From Octopus sinensis (Eukaryota), in assembly GCF_006345805.1 (NCBI RefSeq), contig NC_043002.1, forward strand, positions 77,934,001 through 77,998,000: a stretch of 64,000 nucleotides of DNA. The letters run 5' to 3'. The translations under genes and the position numbers were made by a program. Within the stretch, counting starts at the first letter, position 1, and each line of letters begins with the position of its first letter. Below are positions 1 through 13,083 of the stretch, piece after piece. The notes under the pieces are model-generated. The model ran no database searches. It was not told where the DNA came from and was given only the letters and a program-made list of their open reading frames with translations.

Positions 1-101
1 TATTTGGAACCATAAAAAGATCCACAAGAAACAAGGTGCTGGCTTCTTAGGATGTGTACGAATCACTTCACATACTATCCAACAGTTGAAAGACACTGGC
101 T
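1..101 (+). CDS. SMURF2: Smurf2-like E3 ligase, partial C2-domain exon (5' part outside window)
   Basis: Frame from base 2 reads IWNHKKIHKKQGAGFLGCVRITSHTIQQLKDTG, matching the Smurf C2 motif; donor GGCT|GTAAGT at 101/102, phase 1. Confidence 0.93.
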
Positions 102-1814
102 GTAAGTTATGTTTTTGTTGTTTTTCTTCCTTTCAGGATTTTCTACAAATATCTAATTCTAGTTGACAATTTTTTTCATACCAAAAGTTGAACACTTATA
201 ATTGGTTTTTGTCCCATCTTTAATTCATGTTTTTGACAGATGTTGCTACAATCTTTCTCATTTAGTGAGAAATACCATGTCCAAAGTATTATAAATATTT
301 TATTGTCTGTATAAAGTAAATATATACCAGATATTTTTTTTTCAATGTATGTATGTGTATTTTAGTTATGTTTTATCCTTCTCTTATAGATTATCAAGTA
401 CCTCCAATGTCACTTAAATCTCCACCCACTCTTTGTTTAACTCAATTGTCACCTAAAGGTGTAAACTAAGCTCATTAAACACCACCTTACTAGTTGGAAG
501 TAACAAGCAGCTTTACTAGTGTGTGGTTGTTTCACTACTTTGAAATTTAAATCACACTGGTATTAGTCTCTGCCTGTCTGTTCAGTACTACTAATAAATT
601 CCCTATCAGTTTAGCTGCCATTAAAGAAATATTATCTGTAGCCTGGATCTATAATTACATGACCCATTAAAAAAAATGAAAATTACCTGTCAGTTTTGAT
701 TTTTTTTTTTTTTTAAACAGGTAAGCTTGAGAACTTGTTATTCCAGTTATAGATTTTTTTTTTCTTTCTCACATTATCTTACAGGGTGGCTGATGTATTT
801 TCTTAGATGTTGCTGCTTCATCTTACTCCTAGTGATGCATGTATTGCTAATTGCTTTAAACCTTTCTTAAATATTCAATTTTCTTAGGTTTACCTAGAAT
901 ATCATCATCATCCAGTGTTTTAAATCTGGGCTTTGTCCCCGTTAACAGGGGTGGCCAGATCTACCTCAATGCCATAACAACCAAAGTAAGCAGGTGCAGC
1001 CCACCCCAACCTTTGAGCTGGCTGGTGCCCATTCTCCTTTGCTTTCATGAGGCTTTTTTTGAGCTGGATTTTCTACGAGGAGCATGCCCTTGCTTACCCC
1101 CAACTTCAGTTTCCAGACATGAGTGGTCCTGAGACCAAGGTTTCTACCATAATTTTTAAGAAATATGGTGGAAAAAATAGCTCAGGAAGGTTGAGACACT
1201 TCTCCTTGAGACTCGTTTCAGAGCCCCTCTACTATCACTATTATTTACAGTTAACAGTATTTGTTGTGAGAGAAATCATAAAGTTACAAAGCTATGAGAT
1301 TTTGTAAAGAATTCTATCCTAAAGATTACTTTTTACGTATTCACACAAGTTTTGTGCTGCTCTTAGATGGGGCACAGGTGTGGCTGTGTACATATTTCCA
1401 TTTTGACAACCACATGGTTCTGGGTTTGATCCTATTGTGAAGCACCTTGAACTAGTCTCTTCTACCTCAAGCTGACCAAGGCTTTGGGTGTGGAATTTGG
1501 TAGATTAGAAACTGTGCTAAAACCCATTGTATGTATTGTGGGTGGGGGATAAGAAGTTTGCCTCCCAACTACATGGTTCCAGGTTCAGTTCTACTGTGTG
1601 GCATCTTGGACAAGTGTTTTCTGCTATAGCCTTGGACTAACCAAAGCCTTGTGAATTGATTTAGAGACAGAAACTGAAAGAAGACTGTCATGTATGTGTG
1701 TGCATGTTGGTGCTTTATGTCCCCATAACTTAGCAGTTTGGTAAAAGAGATTGATAAAATTAGTACCAGACAAGTACTGGTATCAATTTGTTTGACCAAT
1801 ATTCTTCAAGCTTT

Positions 1815-1990
1815 AAGGCGGTGAGCTGGCAGAAACGTTAGCACACCAGGTGAAATGCTTAGTGATATTTCATCTGTCTTTACATTCTGAGTTCAAATTT
1901 CGCCGAGGTCAACTTTGCCTTTCATCCTTTTGGAGTTGATAAATTAAGTACCAGTTGCATACTGGAACAACCTAATCAACTGGCCCCTTC
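1815..1990 (+). mobile_element. tRNA-derived SINE family B
   Basis: AAGGCGGTGAGCTGGCAGAAACGTTAG head and GTCAACTTTGCCTTTCATCCTTT core; other copies at about 13661, 24500 (-), 46334, 46593 and 48725. Confidence 0.8.
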
Positions 1991-2290
1991 CAGATTAGTG
2001 CTAGATTAGTGGTTCCCAATGGGGGCCATATATGATTTTGTTGTTAAAAGTTACATGCAATAAATTGGTTATACTTCTTCAATATGCAAAATAGTTTTGT
2101 TTTTTTTTAACATTATATGGCTATGTATGTCCATCCAAATAGGAATCAAAGGAGGTCCATAGGTAAAAAAATCATTAAGAATCATAGTTAGCTAATCCTT
2201 TGTTTCTTCCTCTGTCTGTAATACAGTGAACTAGTGATTGGGTCATTAGAAATTTTTAATTAAAAGCAATATTGTTCACCAATTGCAATA

Positions 2291-2636
2291 TCATCATCAT
2301 CATCGTTTAACGTCCGCTTTCCATGCTAGCATGGGTTGGACGGTTCAACTGGGGACTGGCAAGCCCAAAGGCTGCACCTGGCCAGTCAGATCTGGCAGTG
2401 TTTCTACAGCTGGATGCCCTTCCTAACGCCAACCACTCCGAGAGTGTAGCGGGTGATTTTATGTGCCACCGACACAGGTGCCAGACGAGGCTGGCAGACG
2501 GCCACGCTCGGATGGTGTTTTTTATGTGCCACCGACACAGGTGCCAGACGAGGCTGGCAGACGGCCACGCTCGGATGGTGTTTTTTATGTGCCACCGACA
2601 CAGGTGCCAGACGGCCATGCTCGGATGGTGTTTTAC
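2291..2636 (-). mobile_element. RTE-tailed non-autonomous retroposon (family P) with an internal 63-bp tandem repeat
   Basis: Reverse strand ends GGAAAGCGGACGTTAAACGATGATGATG (RTE-like tail) with GGTTGGCGTTAGGAAGGGCATCCAGC; 63-bp unit at 2461, 2524 and 2587. Confidence 0.85.
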
Positions 2637-3129
2637 TAAATCCTGACTAATCTTATTTTACAACTTTGGTATATTCATTACTGTGCTCCAAGGTTCCAGG
2701 TCAACTCTGATCAAGCAAAAGGCTTGCATCCAGAAATCTCCTGTGATTTTGATGGGGGGGGGGATTGTAGTACATTATGTAACGTATGGTCTTCTCAGTT
2801 TTTGTGTTTGTTTTGGTTTTTATTGTAAAGGTGGAGCAGGATATCTAGCTGCTATTTCTTGCCAATCAAGTGACCATTCAGCATCTTCCATAGCATGGTT
2901 ACACTAATAACTAAGTGTAGCCATTGCTTAACTCTTTGAAAGTTAAATTAACCGATTGTTCTAACAGCATGAAAGCAAAAGAAAGTATTTCATAATGGCT
3001 GATGTTTAGTAAAAAGGAGTATGCTTTTGCAATATGGTCAATTTTAGGAACATGTAAAGAACATTGATAATTGAAATTTTCAAAAAAATAATAGAATTTG
3101 ATTGGGAAGAAATTATTTAACTGATTTAA

Positions 3130-3350
3130 CCCTTTCATTACTGTATTTATTTTGAGATGCTCTGTGTTTCTTTCAATTAATTCTAAATATAACAAAGAAT
3201 TTAGTCAAATAACTTAGTTATCATTCAGCTAGTGTTAGGAACATAAATTGTGACTAAGGTTTGGTGAGAGATTTTAATTCAAAACTTATGAAAACAAGAC
3301 ATTTGTACTTAGAGCCAGAGCCGGTTTCAGCCGGGTTGGTAACGAAAGGG
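3130..3350. mobile_element. piggyBac-type MITE
   Basis: TTAA|CCCTTTCATTAC ... GTAACGAAAGGG|TTAA: terminal inverted repeats and TTAA target duplication; 221 bp. Confidence 0.8.
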
Positions 3351-3705
3351 TTAAAGTGAACAGAACTAACTACTACATTTTGGACATTGTCCATGAGATA
3401 TAATCTCCTTGTCATCTTTGTTCAGATGTCCATTATAAAAATATTTGCTCAAAAAAAAAGAAAGAAAAGATTCAGTCTTTGTTGTATAACCCTGTCAACC
3501 CAAACCCAGCAGGGCTATGAGCAAAAAAAATTTTTTTTTTTTTTAATTTTTGCTGATATGTATCTGGGACTGCATTATACAATCTAACAGCTGTTTAATT
3601 TTTAGTTGCATTGCACACTGAAATTTGTTGTTAGAAAATGCCAGAATGTTGTGGATAGGTTATTCAAGTGTGTACTGTAAATGCTGTTTTGTGTCTTCCT
3701 CGTAG

Positions 3706-3874
3706 TTCAACGGTTGGAATTACAGAAAAGAAATGCAGATGACCCTGATCAAATGAAAGGCCAGATTATCATAAGCCTTATATCCAGAGACAAAGGTAGT
3801 TCAGCCCCTGCTATCACTGACACACCTTCTATTCAGCCAGTTATACTAAATGACCCCAATGAACTTCCTGATGG
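3706..3874 (+). CDS. SMURF2: Smurf exon: end of C2, linker, start of WW1
   Basis: cgtag|TT CAA CGG; (F)QRLELQKRNADDPDQMKGQIIISLISRD...NELPDG; donor GG|GTAAGT; phases 1/2. Confidence 0.93.
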
Positions 3875-6266
3875 GTAAGTCTGTTGTAAATATACAAGTA
3901 TATATAATAATTATTATTGCTGGTAACCAATGGCCTGCTCCCAGATTTTTTTTACTCATTTCCCTAGTAAAGTTCGGTGTTTATTTTTTTATCAGTATGT
4001 TTAATTGTTCATTTCTTTGACAACAAAATATACTTGTAACAATTTCAAATGTTCTCATACTTTTTCATTAAAAATCTTTGCACTTTAAATATTCTATTTT
4101 ACTTTAATTGAATTAAATTTCTAAAAAGCTAGGTTTTCATCAATAAACAATCACAAAAATGGATGAAGATATAATTTGGTTATTGGTTTTAAAAGAGACT
4201 TGACGGCTATACAGCAATTCTCTAATTATGGATGATTGTCACTTTTCTTCCCAACTATTGTTGTTTAATTATTGTTTCCTATCATCATCATCATCATCAT
4301 TCTCATTAAAGTCATTTTTCCAACACTCAATCATCTATATATCTGCTGAAAGCTATTGCTTAATTACTTGATGCCCTTTCTAGCACCAGTCATGAATTAG
4401 TTCTGTCTGTGAAATAAATATTTTCACAGATTGGTTTGTATTCATAATCCAATCCATGTCAATATGGAAAACTGTATGTATGTATGTATGACTATTGTTG
4501 AGTTGTTGATAGTTAAATACCTCGAAGCAAAAAGCATTGTTAACACATATGTTATTGTTAATGCTTTCAATGGCAATCTTCCTGATATCATCCCTGGTTC
4601 CATACAAAGCTTTTCATATTTAAATTAAAACTTGTAAATTTAAGAGTCTTTTATGTTCAAATCCCAGTTAATTGTGCACGAAAATCATACTTTTACTAAA
4701 TCAGTCGAAATTCTAGATTATTTCTAAAATTAAAGGAAATGTATAGGTAGATGAAATCTTTAGACATCACTTATCTTGCTAAATCCTTTGAGAAAATTTT
4801 ACCATCACAGTTTTGCGATTTTTCCACCTTCAACCAAGAAGCCATTAAATGTGCAATTTTTTTTATGTTTACTTCAATTATCTCCCTTAACTAAGTTTGA
4901 GGCAGTGTTGTGTGAATAGAAAATTCCCACTGCTATGCTTGTCATAAAGGAATTGTTTTATTATGTGACTTGTTGTGAAGGGTGTTTGATTTGAGTAAAG
5001 GATAGGAAAGAGAAACTTTTCCTCAAGAACATCTGACTTGCTTCAAATCAGTTGACTAATTTCCTCCCAAGCACTTATTAACTGAATGAGTGCTTTTGGG
5101 ACAGATCCCTTTTTCTCTTCCCCATCCCCAACCGCCCACACACACACACACGTTAATTTTGTGGGTTAAGTAATATTACAATATCTATTTCTATGGCTTC
5201 GGTTTACCTCAGTTGTTTAGGCTTGGTTTAAGCTTCCAGAAAATAGAATATAGTGTCCTTTGCAACATGGTTGGTGCTGTGAATTTTCTATCCGCTCACC
5301 TAGACATAATGTTGCAGTGAGTGATACAAGTTTATAAAGTTTCTTCCTCTTCCTGCCACTGTAGTTGAATGATTTAGTGGTAAGGACCCTTTCATTAACT
5401 CAAAAGCTCATCAATTCAAACCCTATTGTAATTATTACATTGTACCATTGTTGAAGGCATGTGGCCTAGTGGTTGGGGATGTTTGACTCATGACCATAAG
5501 GCTATGGGTTCAATTCCTGGACCAGGCAGTGCACTTTATTTCATGTTGCTCCAGTTTACTCAGCTGTAATGGGTCCCAGTCAGGTGCTGATGCAAGCAGC
5601 CCCTCCTCTCCTTCCTGCTATCACATTCTGGATAATTTTCTGGATTAAAGCTTAGGTGGCTGAGGTGTCTTAAGGCTGTGTGAAATTTCATACACACCTA
5701 AAACAACTAACAGAAGCATGGTACATGTTTCCAAACCATACTTACTAGCTGTGCTACACATTGTGACATTACTTCAGATTCGATATTCCAGTTTCTTCAG
5801 AGACAGGCATATCATTCTCATTTGACTAAAAACTAATTCTAACAATTTATGTGTGTCCAAAATTTCAGCTTCCTTTTCCTCATTTTTACCTACCACCTTA
5901 GTCAGAAGGTGTTGTAATGTGACTTAATCAACTTAATATCTCTTCCATTCTCCCCATATAGCGCATCACAAGGTTCACTCATGGGAAAGCACTACAAGCC
6001 AATGAAACATTTGCCAGTTACATAGCCGTCCCCAGTCACTCACTACTGCTTACAGTACTTAGCTGTACCTCCTTGTAGTAATTACTTAACAGCAAACTAA
6101 CTAGAGCTATTGAGAATAAAATACCTTTACCACAAAAACAGACCAGCACTTGTAAAATTCATAGGTTGAATATCGTGGTGGCGGGGTACTTAGTGATAGT
6201 AGTAGCAGTGGTGGTGTTAATTGTTATTATTACTGATATTATTATCAACTTGTTTACCTGTTCCAG

Positions 6267-6350
6267 CTGGGAAGAAAGGACAACTGCCGATGGTAGAGTT
6301 GAGTTTGTCAACCATGTTACAAGAACAATTCACTGTGAGCGACCTACAAG
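6267..6350 (+). CDS. SMURF2: Smurf exon: WW1 domain (degenerate)
   Basis: ttccag|C TGG; WEERTTADGRVEFVNHVTRTIHCERPT; donor AG|GTAATA; phases 2/2. Confidence 0.9.
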
Positions 6351-7045
6351 GTAATAAACTTACCTGATGGGCATTTTCCTAATCTCTCTCTCTTCTCTCT
6401 CCTTCTCTCTCTCTCTCTCCTTCCCTCTATATAGATTAGATTTAAAAGTGCACTCAACACAGATACTAGGAAAATCTCTTTAAAGATAATCCTGGTTAAT
6501 CTTAACTGGTTTAAAATCTTAAACAATTATTATTAATAGATGTTCTACCCTTTATTTGCTGTTGTTGCTTTGAGCATCTAACATTAGGTTATATTTCTGA
6601 AATAGTCACCAATTTATTTATGATATATATCAGGATTAATTATCATTAGTGCTAATAAGTGATACTCTGTTCATTTTTAAAAAGGCATCTTTAATGTTGG
6701 TAAATAGTGATAAATGTTGTTATTCATCTGACTTTTAATTTTGTGTTTGTGTGAAACAGGGAAGGTTTTTTTTTATTAATTATATATATATATATTAGCA
6801 TGGAAAGCGGACGCTAAATGATGATGATGATTAAGTTGTCAAAAAGACTTTCACTTCAGTCTACGGTCTCTGAAAATTTGCCCTACAATCTAAGTAGTCA
6901 GTGTTTAGTATTTGCAAGAAAGCGAAACAATCATTATATGCATCACCGTCATTGTCATCGTCTTTCATGCTTTACTTCTAATTTCTTTACAATATGCATT
7001 TGAGTATGTGTATATATGAATGAGTGTTCATAAGTGTATATTTAA

Positions 7046-7217
7046 CTCTTTAGCATTTAAACCAGCTAGACCTGGCCTTGCACACCTACCCTACAAAGTC
7101 ATTCAAAAAATAGACTCTCATCATTGAAATCTCAAATCTACAAGATAACTCGTGATTAATTCAAAACAGTGTGAATAAATAAGTATTACATTTGACAATA
7201 ATTTGAATGTTAATGGG
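7046..7217. mobile_element. piggyBac-type MITE family 2
   Basis: TTAA-flanked; the internal sequence (CATCATTGAAATCTCAAA...GATTAATTCAAAACA) is shared with 13996, 21372, 42690 and 45950. Confidence 0.7.
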
Positions 7218-8501
7218 TTAAATCTATTTCTTTGTAACTAATGCAGGATGTGTGGCATGTACAAACATGGATATTAGTAAGAATTATTGGAATGTTTTAC
7301 TTCCATTACTAACCAAATCATTAATTCCTTCTTCCATTCATTCATTCATTCATTCATTCATTCATATCTGTTTTCATCCAGAATAATTTAGGACGTGTAA
7401 TATTTTTGTTCTTGTGTGCACTGGACTCTTGTCAGTTTTGATAGATAAGTACACCAGTTGTTTAAGCATCTTCATTTTAATGTCCACTTTCCCATACTTG
7501 CATGGGTCATACGAAATTTGTTGAGGCTGGATGTCCTTCTTGTCACCAACCCTCATCAGTATCCAAATAAGGTAATATTTACCTATGACCAGATTGGAAA
7601 TGAAGGACACCACTTGCATGAAGGTGACACTTGCTTGCAACTATCACATGATCTCAAGGCAATGCAACAGTAAAACAGTAAAACCACACACGCGCATGCG
7701 ACAGGTTTCCTTCTGCTTTTGTCTACCAAATCCACTCAGAAAGCTTTGGTTGATCTGGGGCTATATTAGAAGATACTTGCCCATTATACCCCTCAGCCAC
7801 ACCTGTGCCTATGGAACTAATTAATCATTGTTTTACAAAAGTGGCTGGGCATTCTACTGACACTTGTACTGATAATGTAGGCCCACAGGCAGAATCTACA
7901 TGACACTATGAGTGACATAGCTATCTCTCTGAATTAATTATTACAGCTTTATTACAGTTTCTCTGTGCCCAGTTTCACTCACAACACTTGGGTTGGTCCA
8001 GTCTATGGTGAAAGATACTTTTCCAAGGTTCCTTGGATTAGAGTCCAAAGTGGAACCTTGTGATAGCAAAGCAAAACATAATCGCATGGTATGTATACAT
8101 TCATATATGCATACAATGTACCTCAATGACTCTAGATCAGGATTACATTTGATTTGTAGATCTTCAATCAGAATAGACTAACACAGGGAGAAAGAATTCA
8201 TAAACTATTCAAAATATAGGGGAAAATAAAAGCAGAATGAAGAGAAGACTCTCAACAATAGAATTGAATGTGTGATAGGAAAGATTTTTGTGTTTGTGGC
8301 CCTTCACAAGGCCTCTGAGATTTATGGGAGGAAGGGGGTTATCTTCAAACTACATGGCCTGGTACAAATGCTCAGAACAGAATGGACACTGCTAAAGGAA
8401 CCTAAGGTCCAAGGTAATGGTGTTAAGCTAGGTGATAGATTGAGTCTATCACTTATATCTGTGGGGTATTTTTTCACATGTGTGTATGTGTGTATTTATA
8501 T

Positions 8502-8870
8502 AGGTATGGCTTTGTTGGTAAGAAGCTTGCTTCCAAGTTCAGTCCTGCTGCGGCACCTTGGGCAAGGGTCTTCTATAGCCTCAGGCCAATCAAAGCCTTG
8601 GATTTGGTTGAAGGAAACTGAAAGAAGCCCATTGTAATATGTACATATGTATCTGTGTGTGTCTTTGTGTCTGTATTCATCCCCCACCGTTGCTTAGCAA
8701 CCAGTGCTGGTGTGTTTATGTCCCTGTGACTTAGTGGTTCAGCAAAAAGAGAACAATAGAATAAGTACCAGGCTTTAAAAAAAATTAATGCTGGGGTCAA
8801 TTCATTCAACTGAAGTTCTTTAGCTTGGTGCCCCAGCATGGTCACAATCTAATGACAGAAATAAGTAAAA
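8502..8870 (+). mobile_element. SINE family A, diverged copy
   Basis: Collinear with young copies but diverged. Further partial copies lie near 1373, 1550, 7700, 16650, 22090, 27005, 36270, 38160, 40000, 41120, 42600 and 62980. Confidence 0.8.
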
Positions 8871-9044
8871 GGTATACATGCATGTGTGCACACATGCACA
8901 CACACACACAATATTCATTGGAAAAATATGTCTTAGAATGCCAGGTCAACATATTAAAAATTTTCCTAATTCTGAATGACACTTTGCAAATTGAACTGTT
9001 TCACTTAGATTTCCTTTCTTTTTCTTTTTTATATATATTTTTAG

Positions 9045-9412
9045 GCCCGCATCGGAAACACCATCCAAACGTTTATCAACCGCCGTGATCGCAGATCCAG
9101 CTGTGGTCATGTCTCCCGATAAAGAGAACACTGGCAATGTCAGAAGTAGTAATAGCCAAAATACCAGTAATACTGGTGGCAGTAATAGCAGCAGCAGTAA
9201 CTGTACAAGTGTAAACCACAGCTCGTCAACAAACAACAACAACACTCCTTCTATAGCAACAAACAACAACAACAGAATGAGCAGTAGTAACAACACTGGT
9301 GGTGATGGCAATAATAGTTCGGGTATTTTCTCCAGAAGGCGGTCTACGCGGCACCGAAATTACTTGAATAGATCCCAGCTCCATAATACTCTCGAACTGC
9401 CTGGAGGATATG
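9045..9412 (+). CDS. SMURF2: Smurf exon: Ser/Asn/Thr-rich WW1-WW2 linker and start of WW2
   Basis: ttttag|G CCC GCA TCG GAA (RPASE); ends RRSTRHRNYLNRSQLHNTLELPGGYG; donor G|GTTAGT; 368 nt, phases 2/1. Confidence 0.9.
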
Positions 9413-11262
9413 GTTAGTACACCACTTGTACTGTAATCAACGCTTTAGCTTTATAAAAATGAAACCAAATAGATATTAAAAAAGTATATATTTTCTTGGC
9501 CATGGTTTAATTCAAAGGAAAAAAAAAATAATCATTTTATCAATGTCATTGTATTTGAAAGCATGTCTAACTTTTTTGGCGGGAGTTCAGATTTTTAGTT
9601 TTTTTTTTAATTTTTGTTTTCTCATTTCTTTCTTTTTTAATTAAATGAACATTCTAGCCAAGAGAAATTGTCATTATAATTGAGTCTAGACTACAACTTT
9701 CTTTGATGGAGATACCATTTTCTAACAAGTTATGCACTAACAGCCAACAGGCAATTCAAGCTCATTTCATTGCTTTTTTTCTTTCCTTTTTTTTTTTTTT
9801 TTTTTTTTTTGTGGGGTTTCTTTTGCATATTCATTTTCATATTCATTTCCTTTTGATTTACATCCTGAAACTTACTCTATCACAAATTACATTAAATGAT
9901 GTAATTATTTTAAAGTCTGTCTGAGCAGGATTTAAATGCTAACATACTTTTTCCTTTAAAAGTTGTGCTGCAAAGGAGTATATTTAGAATAAGATGGTAA
10001 AACAGAAAATCGGTGCATATTTCATTTCATAAAACTTATTTAGATTTTTTATTTTCTCACCTATCTGTTATCCATTGTTAAGTGCTAGCCAACTTCTTGT
10101 AGATTATCTAATCCTCATGTCATTGCAATCATTTCTTGTATGCGTCTGCTGTATAACTTTTCTTCATTCATTTTTGTATTAGTGTCATCTCATCTGTGAG
10201 GGCCAATGGCCTGACTTGAAATATTTCTTGCTGTGAAATCTCATTAGACTTTCTACTTCTGCTAAAATTACCTTACAAAAATTGTTCCATATAAGCATGT
10301 GTTACAACTAAAGATCCTCTCAGAGTTCCTGCTATCCTAGATGAGTTTCTGACACTTTGGTTTGTGGGTCCTGTGTGTGTCTGTCTTTTTTTGATTTTTA
10401 ATAATACCAGCCAAATGTCTTGTCACCAATGACTTTACAGTTCTCTATATTTTGTAAGAACCTCATATTGTTTTCTCTGGGTTTTGTAATTAGACTAATG
10501 TCCAGAAATATATAAATCTAAACCTATTATTTGTTATCTATTCATTTAACTTTTGCTCGTGTTCATAAAAATATTACACCAATGACTTTAAGGTCCATAC
10601 TGATTGCATATAAAGGTCATAGAATGCATTTTATCCATTCTGTCCATCCACCCTTTTTTATCACTTACTATTCCTGGAAGAGTTGTATGGTAGGGTCTTC
10701 AGACAGTGTTGCTAGACTTTTAGCCTGTACCTTTATAGCTTTTGTCTACTCATTTCCACAGCAATTCTGTTCATAGAGACAAAGGGTTTCATAGCTAAAA
10801 AAACCAGTCTCTGTTGCTTCCCTTTTGGTGTTTGTCTGTTTATAACCATAGCATTCTTGCTTTTGGGGCTACAAGAGAGTTTAAAGTTCTAGTGACCTAC
10901 TAACCTTTATATTTTATTTAATAAAATTACTCTTATGCTGTCTGGAATTTGACCAGACAATTGTCTTTATGGTTTAACTTTTGCTGACTTGCTGTTGTAC
11001 CTTTCACACAACTTTAACTTATCACTAAATAACAGTTACTGTGCCTTCTCTCACTCACACCAATCACACTTCAGTGCTTTACCAAATTACAGAAATATAT
11101 ATATTAACTGCTTCCTAACATCAATTATAAATTTGGTTCAAATAATGCAATTCTGACATTGTTTTAGTGTTTGACTTTTAACCAAATAAATATTGTGACT
11201 TTCTTTTTATTATATTTTCTTTTTCCATTCCTCCTATCCCTTCTATTGCTTTCTCTTTACAG

Positions 11263-11347
11263 AGCAACGAACAACACAACAGGGTCAGGTTTATTTTCTA
11301 CATACACGAACTGGAATTAGTACATGGCATGATCCCAGGGTTCCAAG
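11263..11347 (+). CDS. SMURF2: Smurf exon: WW2
   Basis: ttacag|AG CAA; EQRTTQQGQVYFLHTRTGISTWHDPRVP; donor AG|GTAAAC. Confidence 0.93.
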
Positions 11348-12538
11348 GTAAACATCAAAATAATTTATACTTGGTATATTTCTTGATTCTATTATCAACT
11401 GTGCATCAATTTTATTTCATTAATTATGATTCTAGAAGCTTCGGCATTTCATTACTGACATAGTAGGTGCAAGCAGAGCTGAGTTGTTAAAAGGTTTGCT
11501 TTGTTCAGGGTTTGATCCTGCTGTGTAGCACCTTGGGTATATGGCTTCTGTTAAACCCTCAGATTCATTAATGTTTTGCGGGCAAAATTTCATTGGTGAA
11601 AACTGAGAGGAAGTCTGTCGTGTGTATTTATGCACCTGTGTTTTCCTAAACTGGTGTTAATCAGTTTGTTGAGTTGTGTCCCTTTACATGAAAAGTAACC
11701 AGTTCAATCAATGGAGATCAATGAAATAAGTACTGGGATCAATATGAATGAGTAAAGCCTTGAAGACAATGTCCTAGCATGACCACAGTCCAGTGATTGA
11801 AACCATCAAGAGTATGATTTGTGCTGAATTTTTATGAATATTTAGGTCACATCAATACATATATCAATATGATATATATGAGAGAGAGAGAAAACAACTT
11901 ACTATTCATGTTACCACATATGAATTGTATCATCTACTTCATCACAGCACTGATGGGTTCAAACCTGGCTATTGGTATATGTTGCTAAGGACAACAAATA
12001 TTTTGAAGTGGTCGTGTTCTGTTTTTAAGGTTTTGTTTAATCATTTCATTTCTGTTATGCTATTAACCCTCATGAGGAAAACATGCTGATTTATTTAATG
12101 AAATAATTTTGAAATTTCAGTGACATATTTTATCAATTTTTACCAAATAAGGATTCATTTAATTTTACCAAACAATGATTCATTATCTTACTAAATATTC
12201 AAATGTTTCTATTATTTAATTCATTTTCATGCTGATCTAAATGTATGCATGGTATAATTCTCATGAGATCTATCAGCACTTCACAATAAAATAAATTCCC
12301 ATGGCAATCTTTATTAGAAAAAATATGGTTACTAAAAATTCATCATTTTATAACCTTCTGTGGGTTGTTCAGTCCAAAAGGATCTGACAAGTTAGAAGAT
12401 TGTGTCAGGCTCTTTTTTTTTTCTACTTTTGTTTAAAATTAAATTGTACTTATAGAAGTTTTTAAAATGGATAAATCTTGGCGTGATGACATTCATTAAA
12501 ATTTTTCTTTGTTTCTTTTTATTAATTTTTTTATTCAG

Positions 12539-12703
12539 AGATCTTACAAATGTGTCTGAAGAAGAACTCGGTCTGTTACCACAAGGCTGGGAGATTAGAT
12601 ACACAGGAGCAGGACGCATGTATTTTGTGAACCATATCAATAGAACGACACAGTTCACTGATCCTCGCCTCTCAGCCAATATTGGATTGATACAACAGAA
12701 AAT
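12539..12703 (+). CDS. SMURF2: Smurf exon: WW3
   Basis: ttcag|A GAT; [47 protein letters not shown]; donor AT|GTAAGT. Confidence 0.94.
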
Positions 12704-13083
12704 GTAAGTTAATTTTTAGAAAACTATTAAATATTGACGAGAGAGGGATGACCTCCCTTCGCAAATACCATAAGGGCACAGAAAGTGTGCCTAAAGCCAG
12801 CTGGAGACGATGATCTCCTGGGGCTAAAAGCTACAGTAACACCCACCCTTAGTGGTTAGCCATATTGAGATGGCTAGTATACTTTACATTAAATATTGCC
12901 AAATATCAATTTTTGCAGTCCAATAGCTTAGATTTTGGGGCAAGAACAGACACTTGATGAGGATTTGTATGAAAATTTTTATGGACTAGTTTGTTAGGGC
13001 AAACATCATTAACTATATGATTACAGCACGTCATTGTTTATTCATATATATTTCTCTACTAATATTTATTTATTTTTTATTAG

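Noticed and set aside
2307-2650. Overlapping ORFs in families A and P (also near 36005, 39440-40039, 49401, 61597, 62193)
   Set aside because: They are chance frames in high-copy GC-richer SINEs, with different starts and ends in each copy.
8946-9311. Hydrophobic 121-aa antisense ORF
   Set aside because: It is the mirror of the Asn/Ser codon repeats in the Smurf exon.
12640-12665. WW3 second Trp replaced by Phe (TQFTDP)
   Set aside because: This is a known conserved feature of Smurf family last WW domains, not novel.
12735-12885. HDV-like ribozyme or H/ACA snoRNA
   Set aside because: GCGAA and CCTCCCTTCGC look suggestive, but P1/P3/P1.1 pairing and H/ACA boxes could not be assembled on either strand.
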